A stretch of 63,458 nt of DNA, counting the filler, from Candidatus Woesearchaeota archaeon (lineage in GTDB: Archaea > Nanobdellota > Nanobdellia > Woesearchaeales > JACPBO01): NCBI GenBank assembly GCA_016180285.1. It is 3 parts of 3 records of this genome, joined end to end, with 100 filler letters (N's around TTAATTAATTAA, not from the genome) between each part and the next. Parts side by side here need not be neighbours in the genome. Positions count along the whole stretch, not along the records: positions 1 to 22,530 come from JACPBO010000019.1; 2 more parts are not named here. One strand, written 5' to 3'. Both the position numbers and the translations under genes were made by a program. Below are positions 9,468-19,122 of this stretch, one piece after another. The first letter of the stretch is position 1. Every line of letters starts with the position of its first letter. The notes beneath the pieces are model-generated. The model had not been told where the DNA came from. It worked only from the letters and a program-made list of their open reading frames with translations, and did not search any database.

Positions 9468-12254
9468 TTGGAAGAAGAGAGAAAAAGCGAAGATGGTGAA
9501 GATTTTTCCATAGATTTAAGCAAGGTAAAGGGCTTTCTAAATAAATTCAGGAAAAAAGGAGGCGAAGCTGCAAAGGGAAGCGGAGAAAGCGAAGAATTCT
9601 CGTTAAATATGGCATCTGCATGGAAATTTTTATTAAAATATAAAACTGTTTTTCTTATTTTAATCCCTATTTTGTTTATGATCTACTTTAGAAGCTTCCC
9701 AAATTACCTTCCTGCAACTGATGACTGGGCGAAAAGCGCGGTTGTGAATAATGTCAAGAGCAACATAATGAGCCAGATAAATGCCCAATACCCTAATCTG
9801 CCTGATGCGCAGAAATCAGAGCTTGCTGATGCGCAATTCAATGAGATGGTAAAAGACAAAAGCCAAAGGCAGCAGATAGATGGCCAAATAAAGGAGGTTT
9901 CAAATTATTTCAAAAGCTCTTTTAAGGATGACAAAGGATACACGTATCTGGCGGATATTGACTCATATATCTGGATGCGGTATGCAAGAAATATTTTAAA
10001 AAACGGCCATCCTGGAGACAAGCTTGTTAATGGCAAGCCTTATGATGCGCTGATGTATGCTCCATTAGGCACGCAAATAAGCCCTGACTTGTATTCCTAC
10101 ATCGAAGCTTATTTGTATAAATTCGTGTTCCACCCGTTCAATAAAAAGATAACGCTGATGCAGACTGCATTTTATACGCCTTTTTTTCTTTCAATTATCG
10201 CAATAATCGCGGCATTCTTCATTGCAAGGAGGATAAGCGGCGACTTTGGAGGATTTATGGCTGCCATGATTATTGCAATCCATCCATTCTTCCTGAGCAG
10301 GACATTCGGCTCTGACAATGATGTCATAAATGTTGTTTTCCCGCTAGTTATTCTGTGGATTTTCCTCGAGTCATTTGAAGCGAAAAAAAGAATTAATGCC
10401 ATGATCCTTGCCGGAGTTACAGGATTGCTTATCGGCATTTACAGCTTTGCATGGGGCGGCTGGTGGTATATCTTTGACTTTATTATTGCAGCTCTTGTGG
10501 TATACGCAGCATATCACCTAATAACCCACAGAAAGGAATTAAAAAACGGGCTGGCTGAATATTTCAAAAAAACAGACATAAAAGATATTCTGATCATATT
10601 TCTAATATTAATAGTTTCATCAGGCATTTTTGTAACTTTATTCACGGATTTTACAAATTTCAGCAATGCGCCTTTCAATCCAATAGCTTTCAAATCGATA
10701 AAATCTGCAACAACGGCGGATTTATGGCCCAATGTTTATACGACTGTCGCGGAACTGAATTCCGCTGCCTTAAGCACCATAGTGGCATCTACCGGGATGA
10801 GCGGAGACGGAAAATTCTTCTTTTTTATCAGCCTATTAGGAGTGGCGCTTACGCTGTTCAAGAAAGACAAAAACGGGAAGGTTGACGTGAAGTTTGCAGT
10901 GCTTTTGGCAATTTGGTATTTCTCCACGATATACGCAAGCCGCAGCGGCGTGAGATTCATACTTTTGCTTATTTCGGTCTTCAGCATTGCAGTAGGCGTT
11001 GCTTTTGGCATAGTCTACATGTATGCAGGCAAATGGATTTCAAAAGGACTGCATCTGCCAAAGCTTGTTTCAAACAGCATAGTTGTTGTTTTTCTGCTGT
11101 TGCTGCTGATAGCCCCTCTGCAGGCTGCAGACAGGACTTCAAAGCAGGAATTCCCGATAATGAATGATGCATGGTATGATTCGCTTACAATGATCCGGGA
11201 TAAATCAATGCCTAATGCAATCATTAATTCATGGTGGGACTTTGGCCATTATTTCAAGGCAATAGCTGAAAGAGCTGTTACTTTTGACGGAGCTTCGCAA
11301 TACACAGCTCAGGCGCATTGGATTGGAAAAGTGCTTTTAACTGATAATGAAGAGCAGGCAATCGCTATATTGAGGATGCTTGACTGCGGAGCAAACACGG
11401 CATTTGAAAAAATAGACAAAAAGCTGAGCGACACGTCTGTTTCAGTTGATGTTGTTTACAAGATAATAATGATGAAAAAAGACGGGGCAAAAACATATCT
11501 GATGAACAATTATAATTTCAACAATGATGAATCGGATGATGTTCTGAAAAGCACGCATTGCAGCCCTCCAGAGGATTATTTCATAACATCTGATGATATG
11601 ATCGGAAAATCAGGAGTGTGGGCGCATTTTGGAAGCTGGGATTTCATAAGGGCTGAGATGTGGATTAATGCAAGGGGAAAGAGCAAGGAAGATGCTGTAA
11701 AATATTTGGCTGAGCAGAAGGATTTCAATTTGACGAAGGAAAGGGCGGAGCAGATTTATTATGAAATTCTTTCATTGAAGGATGAATCTGCTGCAAACAC
11801 ATGGATTGCTCCATGGCCGAGCTATGCCGGCTCAAGCGGCTGCTCTGTTGTTAAGAATGAAACTATAAGCTGCGACAACGGCATTTTAATCAATTTGACA
11901 AATAATTACGAGCCAAGCATTTTAACAAATGATGGAATTAAAAAACCGGCTAAATTCGGCTACATTGATAAAAGCGGGAATTATATTGAAAGAAGCTATG
12001 ATGAAAATACAATTCCTTACGGCGTTGTTTTGGTAAAATCAGGAGATTCTTACAGTACAGTCATGAGCAATATCGAATTAACATCAAGCATTTTTACAAA
12101 GCTTTATTTCCTGGAAGGAAAAGGCACAAAGCATTTTGACCTGTTCAGCGATAAAAGAAGCATAACAGGCGGCAGGATGATTGTGTGGAAAGTAAATTGG
12201 GAAGGCAGAACGAATAACATGAATGCAAACAGCACAATAAGTGCTTCACCATAA
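9468..12254 (+). CDS. aglB: Oligosaccharyltransferase AglB/STT3
   Basis: DSY motif, SDND, TVAEL, multi-TM N-terminal half, WWDFG motif, DDMIGK (DK-type) motif. TTG start after GAGGGGG. Confidence 0.95.
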   Translation: MEEERKSEDGEDFSIDLSKVKGFLNKFRKKGGEAAKGSGESEEFSLNMASAWKFLLKYKTVFLILIPILFMIYFRSFPNYLPATDDWAKSAVVNNVKSNIMSQINAQYPNLPDAQKSELADAQFNEMVKDKSQRQQIDGQIKEVSNYFKSSFKDDKGYTYLADIDSYIWMRYARNILKNGHPGDKLVNGKPYDALMYAPLGTQISPDLYSYIEAYLYKFVFHPFNKKITLMQTAFYTPFFLSIIAIIAAFFIARRISGDFGGFMAAMIIAIHPFFLSRTFGSDNDVINVVFPLVILWIFLESFEAKKRINAMILAGVTGLLIGIYSFAWGGWWYIFDFIIAALVVYAAYHLITHRKELKNGLAEYFKKTDIKDILIIFLILIVSSGIFVTLFTDFTNFSNAPFNPIAFKSIKSATTADLWPNVYTTVAELNSAALSTIVASTGMSGDGKFFFFISLLGVALTLFKKDKNGKVDVKFAVLLAIWYFSTIYASRSGVRFILLLISVFSIAVGVAFGIVYMYAGKWISKGLHLPKLVSNSIVVVFLLLLLIAPLQAADRTSKQEFPIMNDAWYDSLTMIRDKSMPNAIINSWWDFGHYFKAIAERAVTFDGASQYTAQAHWIGKVLLTDNEEQAIAILRMLDCGANTAFEKIDKKLSDTSVSVDVVYKIIMMKKDGAKTYLMNNYNFNNDESDDVLKSTHCSPPEDYFITSDDMIGKSGVWAHFGSWDFIRAEMWINARGKSKEDAVKYLAEQKDFNLTKERAEQIYYEILSLKDESAANTWIAPWPSYAGSSGCSVVKNETISCDNGILINLTNNYEPSILTNDGIKKPAKFGYIDKSGNYIERSYDENTIPYGVVLVKSGDSYSTVMSNIELTSSIFTKLYFLEGKGTKHFDLFSDKRSITGGRMIVWKVNWEGRTNNMNANSTISASP

Positions 12255-12261
12255 TTATAAA

Positions 12262-13206
12262 ATGGCAATTTTTATTACAGGCGGAGCTGGGTTTATCGGC
12301 AGCCATTTGTGCGAGAGGCTTCTGAAAGACGGCAAGGAAGTTATAGCAGCTGATGATTTCAATGACTTCTATGATCCTGAAAGGAAAAAGAAAAACATTG
12401 AAGATTGCGCTAAAAATAAAAAATTTAAAATTTATAAAGCAGATATAAGAAATAAGGCCGAAATTAAAAAAATATTTGAAAAAAATAAGATAAATATTAT
12501 TGTCCATCTTGCTGCGCGCGCTGGCGTAAGGCCTTCAATGGAAAATCCCCTCTTATATATTGATGTCAATGTTAATGGAACGCTTGTGATGCTGGAACTT
12601 GCCAGGGAATTTAATGTTAAAAAGTTTGTATTTGCATCAAGCTCGAGTGTTTATGGCAGTAATGAAAAGATGCCTTTTTCCGAAGATGACCCCGTCAGCA
12701 ACCCATTAAGCCCTTATGCAATAACAAAGATGGCAGGGGAGCAGCTGTGCGCTTTGTACAGCAGGCTTTATGGGCTGAATATTGCCTGCCTGAGATTCTT
12801 CACTGTTTACGGGCCCCGCGGAAGGCAGGATATGGCGCCTTATAAATTCACAAACCTTATAATGAAGGATAAAGAAATAGAGGTATATGGAGACGGCAGC
12901 TCAAAAAGGGATTATACCTTTGTAAGCGATATTATTGATGGCGTTGCAGCTGCTATTGAAAAAGAGCTTAAGTTTGAAGTGATTAATCTTGGAGATTCAA
13001 ACCCTGTTGAATTAAAATATTTAATAAGCTTAATAGAAAAGAATACCGGAAAAAAAGCAAAAATAAAATTCATGCCTGAGCAGAAAGGAGATGTTCCGAT
13101 CACATATGCGGACGTATCGAAAGCGAAAAGGCTGCTTGGCTATAGGCCAAAGGTCAAAATAGAGGAGGGCATTAAAAAACTTGTTGAGTGGTATAAAAAT
13201 GGATAA
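12262..13206 (+). CDS. NAD-dependent nucleotide-sugar epimerase (UDP-glucuronate 4-epimerase-like)
   Basis: [39 protein letters not shown]. Confidence 0.92.
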   Translation: MAIFITGGAGFIGSHLCERLLKDGKEVIAADDFNDFYDPERKKKNIEDCAKNKKFKIYKADIRNKAEIKKIFEKNKINIIVHLAARAGVRPSMENPLLYIDVNVNGTLVMLELAREFNVKKFVFASSSSVYGSNEKMPFSEDDPVSNPLSPYAITKMAGEQLCALYSRLYGLNIACLRFFTVYGPRGRQDMAPYKFTNLIMKDKEIEVYGDGSSKRDYTFVSDIIDGVAAAIEKELKFEVINLGDSNPVELKYLISLIEKNTGKKAKIKFMPEQKGDVPITYADVSKAKRLLGYRPKVKIEEGIKKLVEWYKNG

Positions 13207-14119
13207 AATATCTGTTGTTGTCCCTTTGTATAACGAGGAAAAGAATGTTCTTTTGTTTTACAACAGCCTTAAAGCTGTTTTGAATACAATGAAAAACGAG
13301 CATGAGATAATATTCGTTGATGATGGCAGCAGAGACAGGACATTTTTTTATCTGAATGATCTCAATAAAAAAGATAAAAAAGTAAAAGCTGTGCAGTTTC
13401 AGAAGAATTACGGAAAAGCAGCTGCATTGTCTGCAGGCTTTGAAGAGGCTGAAGGCGACATAATTATAACAATGGACGGCGATCTGCAAGACGACCCAGT
13501 TGAAATTCCAAGATTTGTTTCTGAACTGGAAAAGGGCTATGGCCTTGTTTCAGGCTGGAAGCAAAAAAGGCAGGATCCTTTTGGAAAAAGGCTTTTTTCA
13601 AAGCTCTTCAATGCTTTGGCAGCTGCGGTTACAGGAGTTAAAATACATGACTTTAACTGCGGCTTTAAGGCATATAAGGCAAAGGCTGCGAAAACATTAA
13701 ATATATACGGCGAATTACACCGCTATATTCCTGCCTTGGTTTACTGGAATGGCTACAAAGTAGGCGAGATAGCTGTACGGCATCATGCCAGAAAATACGG
13801 AAAAAGCAAATACGGGGTGAGCAGATTGTTCAAAGGATTTTACGACCTGATAACTGTTAAATTTTTAACAGGCTATAAGAAAAAGCCGATGCACTTGTTC
13901 GGAACAGTTGGAATTTTGCTTGGCTTGTTGGGATTAATTGCAGCAATAAAAGTCTTGCGGGACAGGTATGTTAATATTGTTTCAATGGACAGGCCTCTAT
14001 TGATGCTGTCTGTGCTGCTGATAGTGCTTGCAGTGCAGTTTATTTCTCTCGGCTTTATAGGAGAGCTGATCTCAAGCTCAAGCAGAGAAGAGTACAAGAT
14101 AAAGAAAAAATTGGAGTGA
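13199..14119 (+). CDS. GT2 polyprenol-phosphate glycosyltransferase (ArnC/DPM1-like)
   Basis: VPLYNEE, VDDGSRD, MDGDLQD, HDFNCGFKAY and two C-terminal TMs. Confidence 0.92.
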   Translation: MDKISVVVPLYNEEKNVLLFYNSLKAVLNTMKNEHEIIFVDDGSRDRTFFYLNDLNKKDKKVKAVQFQKNYGKAAALSAGFEEAEGDIIITMDGDLQDDPVEIPRFVSELEKGYGLVSGWKQKRQDPFGKRLFSKLFNALAAAVTGVKIHDFNCGFKAYKAKAAKTLNIYGELHRYIPALVYWNGYKVGEIAVRHHARKYGKSKYGVSRLFKGFYDLITVKFLTGYKKKPMHLFGTVGILLGLLGLIAAIKVLRDRYVNIVSMDRPLLMLSVLLIVLAVQFISLGFIGELISSSSREEYKIKKKLE

Positions 14120-14130
14120 AACCCTAAAAA

Positions 14131-15588
14131 ATGAAAGTTCTTGTATTAAACCCAGGAAGCAGATTCACGAAAAATGTAGTCAGGGATCTGATTTACGGCT
14201 GCTGGTGCAAGGGCAAGAGGATCGGAGGAGCGCAGGCTCCGCCTTTGAGCCTGCTTTACATTGCCACTATCCTGAAGAATGAAGGCCATGATGTTGTTTT
14301 TCTTGACGCATTGGCTGAGCAGAAGCCGATTCAAGAAGTTAAAAATATTGCAAAAGACTGCGATGCTGCTGTAATTTCAACTTCAACAATGAGCTTTAAT
14401 GAAGACTGCGGAGTTCTTGCTGAATTGAAAAAGGCAAATAAAAACATTGTAACGATCATGTTCGGCTCTCATCCGACTTTTATGCCGCAGTATGCATTAA
14501 CAAATACTGCAATTGACATAATTGTAAGAAGAGAGCCTGATTTCATCATAAGAGATGTTGTGAATGCGCTTGCCAAGGGCGATAAATGGAAGAAAGTCAG
14601 GGGAATTGGCTACAGGGAAGGCAAGAAAAAAATTCTGAATGAACTATATCCTTATATTGAAAATCTTGATGAATTGCCAATCCCTGACAGAACACTATTG
14701 CCAAAAGGCATTGATTATTTTAATCCGATTGTCAAAAGAGTGCCTTATACAACAATGACAAGTTCAAGGGGGTGCCCGGGAAAATGCACATTCTGCACTG
14801 TGCCGAATTTTTACGGGCCTAAAGTAAGGTGCAGAAGCGCTGACAAAGTTATTGAAGAATTTGAGGAAATCCAGAAGCTGGGATACAAAGAAGTATGGCT
14901 GAGAGACGAAACATTCACTGCTTTCAAAAAAAGGAATGAAGTAATATGCAAGGAAATGATAAAAAGAAAAATGGACATTACATGGATAGCAAATGCCCGT
15001 GTCGGGCTGATTGACAAAGATATGATGATTCTTATGAAAAAAGCAGGGTGCCATATGATCAAGTTCGGAGTTGAATCCGGAGTGCAGGAGATACTGAACA
15101 ATATCAAAAAAGGGATTAACGCAGAAATGACGAGGAAGAATTTCAAATGGACGCATGAAGTCGGAATTGACACGCATGCGCATATGATGCTTGGCTGCCC
15201 TGGCGATACTAAGAAAACAATAGAAACAACAATGAAGTTTGTCAGGGAAATAGCTCCGACAACTGTTACTTTCGGAGTCTGCACGCCTTATGCCGGAACT
15301 GAGCTGTTCATTGAAGTTGCCAAAAAACATCCTGAGATTAAAGACGGCAGTTACTGCGATCTCAGCAAGGTGCACACAAGCGGATTCTTCAACCAATACT
15401 TTACAAGCTTAAAAGGGAATGAGCTTGAGAACTATATCAAAAAGGCATACAGATCATTCTATTTCAGGCCGAGCTATATACTAAAGACATTGCTGAGGAT
15501 CAGAAGCTGGAATGAGTTCTTCAGAATAGCGATCGCTGCGAGCAATGTGTTCAGCTTCAGCACGGGATTGGGGGAAAGAGAAGATTAA
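14131..15588 (+). CDS. B12-binding (class B) radical SAM protein
   Basis: N-terminal PPLSLLYIA...GSHPT B12-binding domain; SRGCPGKCTFC (CX3CX2C); FGVESG. Confidence 0.92.
   Translation: MKVLVLNPGSRFTKNVVRDLIYGCWCKGKRIGGAQAPPLSLLYIATILKNEGHDVVFLDALAEQKPIQEVKNIAKDCDAAVISTSTMSFNEDCGVLAELKKANKNIVTIMFGSHPTFMPQYALTNTAIDIIVRREPDFIIRDVVNALAKGDKWKKVRGIGYREGKKKILNELYPYIENLDELPIPDRTLLPKGIDYFNPIVKRVPYTTMTSSRGCPGKCTFCTVPNFYGPKVRCRSADKVIEEFEEIQKLGYKEVWLRDETFTAFKKRNEVICKEMIKRKMDITWIANARVGLIDKDMMILMKKAGCHMIKFGVESGVQEILNNIKKGINAEMTRKNFKWTHEVGIDTHAHMMLGCPGDTKKTIETTMKFVREIAPTTVTFGVCTPYAGTELFIEVAKKHPEIKDGSYCDLSKVHTSGFFNQYFTSLKGNELENYIKKAYRSFYFRPSYILKTLLRIRSWNEFFRIAIAASNVFSFSTGLGERED
15542..15570 (+). repeat. 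29-bp direct repeat, copy 1 (3' end of the radical SAM gene)
   Basis: gcaatgtgttcagcttcagcacgggattg is identical to 16721-16749. Confidence 0.95.
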
Positions 15589-16088
15589 GAGCCTTCAATA
15601 TTCCTTCTTATCTTGTCAAACAGCCTTTTGGTTCTTTCCTTAAGCTCTAAGAATTCTTCCTGCTCCAAAGCAGTTTTAATTGAATACTGCATATTCTCCC
15701 TAATATCCAAAATCTTATTGCTGTGCTCTAGGTCTTGCGTGACATCAGCGTCAAATATCTCTTTTAGATCTTCTTTAGCCAAAGAGATTGCCCCTCTTTC
15801 AATCATATCCTCAATTAACGCAAATGTGCAGCTCTGGTTTCTCGATTCATAGCCTTCTTTAGCAAGCAAAGCCAGCAAACCATGATATAAGCAATAAAAG
15901 GATGCTGAAGCTGACCAATCTGAAAATCCGGTTTTCTGGAGAGAAATCATAGCCTTAAAATTATGCATTGCCTTGTTCAAATGGCCTTTCATCCTTTCTT
16001 CGCTGAGTTCAATTGCTTTTAAGCCCTTGTGCCGCTCGCCTTTTTGGCCTTCTTTAAAGCATTCATTCAACTTGTCTTTGGCTGGCAT
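15585..16088 (-). CDS. HEPN-domain protein (toxin of an MNT-HEPN pair)
   Basis: HLNKAMHN...DWSASASFYCLYH...GYESRN...IRENMQY pattern; overlaps the upstream MNT gene. Confidence 0.8.
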   Translation of the reverse strand: MPAKDKLNECFKEGQKGERHKGLKAIELSEERMKGHLNKAMHNFKAMISLQKTGFSDWSASASFYCLYHGLLALLAKEGYESRNQSCTFALIEDMIERGAISLAKEDLKEIFDADVTQDLEHSNKILDIRENMQYSIKTALEQEEFLELKERTKRLFDKIRRNIEGS

Positions 16089-16659
16089 CTTTTATCACCT
16101 CAACTATTGTTTTATGCCCCCAGAGCACAATTCCTGTTCTTAAGATTTCCAGAATGACCTTGTCTTGATTGATTATGTTCTTCTTTAAATCCTCCTGAGT
16201 CTGCACAACATCATGGATCTTAACAGGAACCACATCTTTAAGCTCAGATAATTTTTCTTTGTATTTTCTGTAATTGTTTTTGCCTAAAATGAATAAAACA
16301 TCCATGTCATTTGGCTCATTTTTCAGAGTTGTATATGATCCGAACAAGATGCAGGATTTTACTGTGTTTTTTAATTCCTTAAAATCCTCCAGCCTGTACA
16401 TTACCCTTCCCTCCAATTTCGGCATCAAAGCTAATTCTAATATTGCAGAAGCCTTTTCATTCTCAAAATTTATCCTGTAAGATTTGATGTTGGCAATATT
16501 CTTAACTTTTAAAATGCCTTCTTTTTCAAATTTTCTCAATATCTTTAATGCGCCATTCGGAGCTAAATTGCATTCCCTTGCTATCTGGTTTATAGAATGA
16601 TCTTTATTAAAAGCTGCCATCAGCAGCCTTAAAACGAGCTTTTCCTTATCAGTCAGCAT
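16063..16659 (-). CDS. wHTH plus minimal nucleotidyltransferase (MNT antitoxin)
   Basis: N-terminal HTH (SINQIARECNL), LFGSY...DMDVLF, GIVLWG. SD AGGTGG. Confidence 0.85.
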   Translation of the reverse strand: MLTDKEKLVLRLLMAAFNKDHSINQIARECNLAPNGALKILRKFEKEGILKVKNIANIKSYRINFENEKASAILELALMPKLEGRVMYRLEDFKELKNTVKSCILFGSYTTLKNEPNDMDVLFILGKNNYRKYKEKLSELKDVVPVKIHDVVQTQEDLKKNIINQDKVILEILRTGIVLWGHKTIVEVIKDASQRQVE

Positions 16660-16673
16660 TTTATCCACCTTTA

Positions 16674-16703
16674 GTGTATGACTATACACCATTAGTATAT
16701 AAA
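16674..16703 (-). promoter_or_regulatory. MNT-HEPN promoter with probable autoregulatory operator
   Basis: TTTATATA (minus strand) 16703-16696. Inverted repeat gtgtat-N4-atacac at 16674-16689, just downstream. Confidence 0.55.
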
Positions 16704-16720
16704 GCTTTTGTTTATTGTGG

Positions 16721-16749
16721 GCAATGTGTTCAGCTTCAGCACGGGATTG
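16721..16749 (+). repeat. 29-bp direct repeat, copy 2
   Basis: Identical to 15542-15570; degenerate similarity continues (gaaagag) to about 16761. Confidence 0.95.
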
Positions 16750-16760
16750 AGAAAGAGGGA

Positions 16761-17579
16761 TCAGTCTTTAAACAATCTCTCTAAGTTCATTAATTTTTTT
16801 GAAATTTCTTTTTTTATCTTTTTATCTTTTATCTCACCAAAATAAAAAGGAACAAAACCTGTTTGCATAACAGTATACCCGCTCTTTCTTCTTACCCATT
16901 TTGAAATGACTTTTTTAAACAAGTTTTTTGAAAAATGATATTTTTTTAAACAACCACGAGTAATTCCTGCTATGTAATCTGCCAATTGTATTCCTGAAGA
17001 ATACGTAGAAACATCAAACGATAAAGAGTCCTTTATATGATTATATCCAAGAATTGGTAACTGATCATTTTCAAATAGGTAGTTATATGCGGATAAAAGG
17101 ATATTTTGTTTGCTTAATTCGTCATAGAATATAATACCTAAAGAGTGTGTCTCAGAAAGTTCAGATTCTAGTCTTAGCATCAGTGCACGTAAAAAATCAG
17201 ATTCAATTTTTACTTGTTCTTTGGGCGGTTTAGAATAAACATAAGTAAAAATCAAAACAATCATTGGGTTGAAAGAATTTAATAGAAGTACACTCTTTTT
17301 TATGAATGTTTTTAATGTTTTTACTTTATATTTTCTATTTTTAAAAAAAGAATACACCTTATCTTTAGAAATATTTGCTTTTTTATGTAAGAACCACAAA
17401 TAAGAGTATTTAAATTCCTTATCCAAAGGAATTTTGAATTTGTTTTTTAATTCATTAAACTTTTCAGTGAAATCTGCATATTTGAGTGCATCAAGTATCA
17501 AACCCACTCGCACATAATAATCATCTTTTTCAAGATTTCCTGATTCATCTGAAAATACTAACTTGACATTATTTATCAT
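16761..17579 (-). CDS. DUF3800-family protein
   Basis: N-terminal FSDESG and C-terminal S...IQLADYIAG signature; AT-rich. Confidence 0.8.
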   Translation of the reverse strand: MINNVKLVFSDESGNLEKDDYYVRVGLILDALKYADFTEKFNELKNKFKIPLDKEFKYSYLWFLHKKANISKDKVYSFFKNRKYKVKTLKTFIKKSVLLLNSFNPMIVLIFTYVYSKPPKEQVKIESDFLRALMLRLESELSETHSLGIIFYDELSKQNILLSAYNYLFENDQLPILGYNHIKDSLSFDVSTYSSGIQLADYIAGITRGCLKKYHFSKNLFKKVISKWVRRKSGYTVMQTGFVPFYFGEIKDKKIKKEISKKLMNLERLFKD

Positions 17580-17596
17580 TTTTTAAACTATTTATT

Positions 17597-17920
17597 TTAA
17601 ATGCATTTATGTTTCTTTAAATGTTCTAAGCAGAAATATTTGCCACATTTTCTGCATTTTTTAGCACAATCTTTACATAGGTGGGTTTTTTGCCAATCAT
17701 ACATCAATCTTTGAGCATCCCAAGCACATAAAGCAAAAGGTTTATCCATAAACACACCGCAATTTTTACAAATTTTTTGATTTTCTTCTCTTTTTGCCAC
17801 CATTCTCTTAGACATGTTTTCTGCTATCTTCTCAAAAAATCCTTTTTTACCTAAACTGACATTAATGGAAGTATCGCCTTCTTTCTTCGATATTTTTGCT
17901 GAACCTTCAAATTTAGCCAT
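17597..17920 (-). CDS. Cys/His-rich zinc-finger protein (107 aa)
   Basis: SD GTGAGGT before ATG 17920; CKNC, CKDC, CRKC...CLEHLKKHKC. Confidence 0.7.
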   Translation of the reverse strand: MAKFEGSAKISKKEGDTSINVSLGKKGFFEKIAENMSKRMVAKREENQKICKNCGVFMDKPFALCAWDAQRLMYDWQKTHLCKDCAKKCRKCGKYFCLEHLKKHKCI

Positions 17921-17942
17921 TTTTACCTCACATTTTATTTTT

Positions 17943-18113
17943 TCAAAAAGTTTTGCTTTTCCAACCACAATCTTGGCAAACATAATAGTAATAATCTTCA
18001 CCAACAACCAAATTAACTATTGGTATTGAACCAAGAAATGAACTTCCCGCATGTTTTCTTTTTAGATCTCTACCACCGCACTCGGGGCATTCCCTTTTAT
18101 CTTGTTCGCTCAT
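17943..18113 (-). CDS. Small zinc-ribbon protein (56 aa)
   Basis: Below the ORF-track cutoff. MSEQDKRECPECGG...YVCQDCGWKSKTF; GAGTGA SD; TATA at about 18181-18188. Confidence 0.75.
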   Translation of the reverse strand: MSEQDKRECPECGGRDLKRKHAGSSFLGSIPIVNLVVGEDYYYYVCQDCGWKSKTF

Positions 18114-18193
18114 TAATATCACTCATTGTTTGTGAAATTCATACTAACTTGGACTTTTGTATTTTTTGAATGTAGCTTTTTATTTAAACTTTT

Positions 18194-18583
18194 CTAAACA
18201 CTCTTCGCGCTCACCGCCACTGATCCAAGTGATGATGCTGAATGCGAATGATGGGAAACTTCGCTTTTTTCTTCTTTGATCCCTAAATTATTCTCAACTT
18301 CTTCGCTGACAACAGACCAGAAAAACTCAATGAATTTCTGGACTTTTTTGCTTCTTAAATTTAGCTTATACATCTGCGCTTTTCCAACTTTCCTTGTGAG
18401 AACTATCCATCTGCCCTTGACCAGCTCTTTTTTTAGCTGCTTCATGCAAGGGTAGCTAATATCAGCATATTTGGCAATCTCTTTAAGCGAATAATCAAAG
18501 TCCTGCGCAACTATTAAAAAATCAAGCACTTTATTCTTGGGCGTATATCCTTCTTTTTCCAAAAATATGGATTTTTCTTTCAT
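18194..18583 (-). CDS. Winged-helix DNA-binding protein
   Basis: PKNKVLDFL...YSLKEIAKYADISY...TRKVGKAQMYKLN. Confidence 0.75.
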   Translation of the reverse strand: MKEKSIFLEKEGYTPKNKVLDFLIVAQDFDYSLKEIAKYADISYPCMKQLKKELVKGRWIVLTRKVGKAQMYKLNLRSKKVQKFIEFFWSVVSEEVENNLGIKEEKSEVSHHSHSASSLGSVAVSAKSV

Positions 18584-18798
18584 GATTTATGAATAATGTG
18601 TGCTTATATATAAAGCTTAAGAGCATGGCTGGAAATACTATCTCAACATGGATCGTTATGATAAGATCAAAGAAATAATTAAAGAAACCGGCAATAGCTC
18701 CATTATCCCGATCTTATTGATTTTATGATTTCTGCAAAGAACAGCTTAAAAACATAAATATTTATAAATAACTGTAAAAACTTCAAGATTAGATTGTT

Positions 18799-19122
18799 AT
18801 GGAACAGCTACTGAAGGAGATCAAAGACGCCGAACAGAAGGCAAAAGGCATAGCTGAAAGGGCGAACAGGGAAAAGGAGAAGATCATACAGGAAGCCATA
18901 CAGCAGTCTGATTTGCTGTTCAGCAGAAGAAAGGCGGAGTTGGAAAGCAAAAACAAGGCAGAGATCGAAAAGAAGAGAAAAGAGCTCGGGGAAGAAAGGG
19001 CGGCAATTGTTGAAAAGGCAAAAAAAGATGCTGAAATTCTTGAAAAAAATGCCAGGAAGAACATCCAGAAAGCAGCCAATTACATATTGGAAAAATTTGA
19101 GGAACGCATAAAAAATGTTTAA
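18799..19122 (+). CDS. atpH: A/V-type ATP synthase subunit H (G)
   Basis: Charged coiled coil IKDAEQKA; first gene of the ATPase operon. Confidence 0.75.
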   Translation: MEQLLKEIKDAEQKAKGIAERANREKEKIIQEAIQQSDLLFSRRKAELESKNKAEIEKKRKELGEERAAIVEKAKKDAEILEKNARKNIQKAANYILEKFEERIKNV

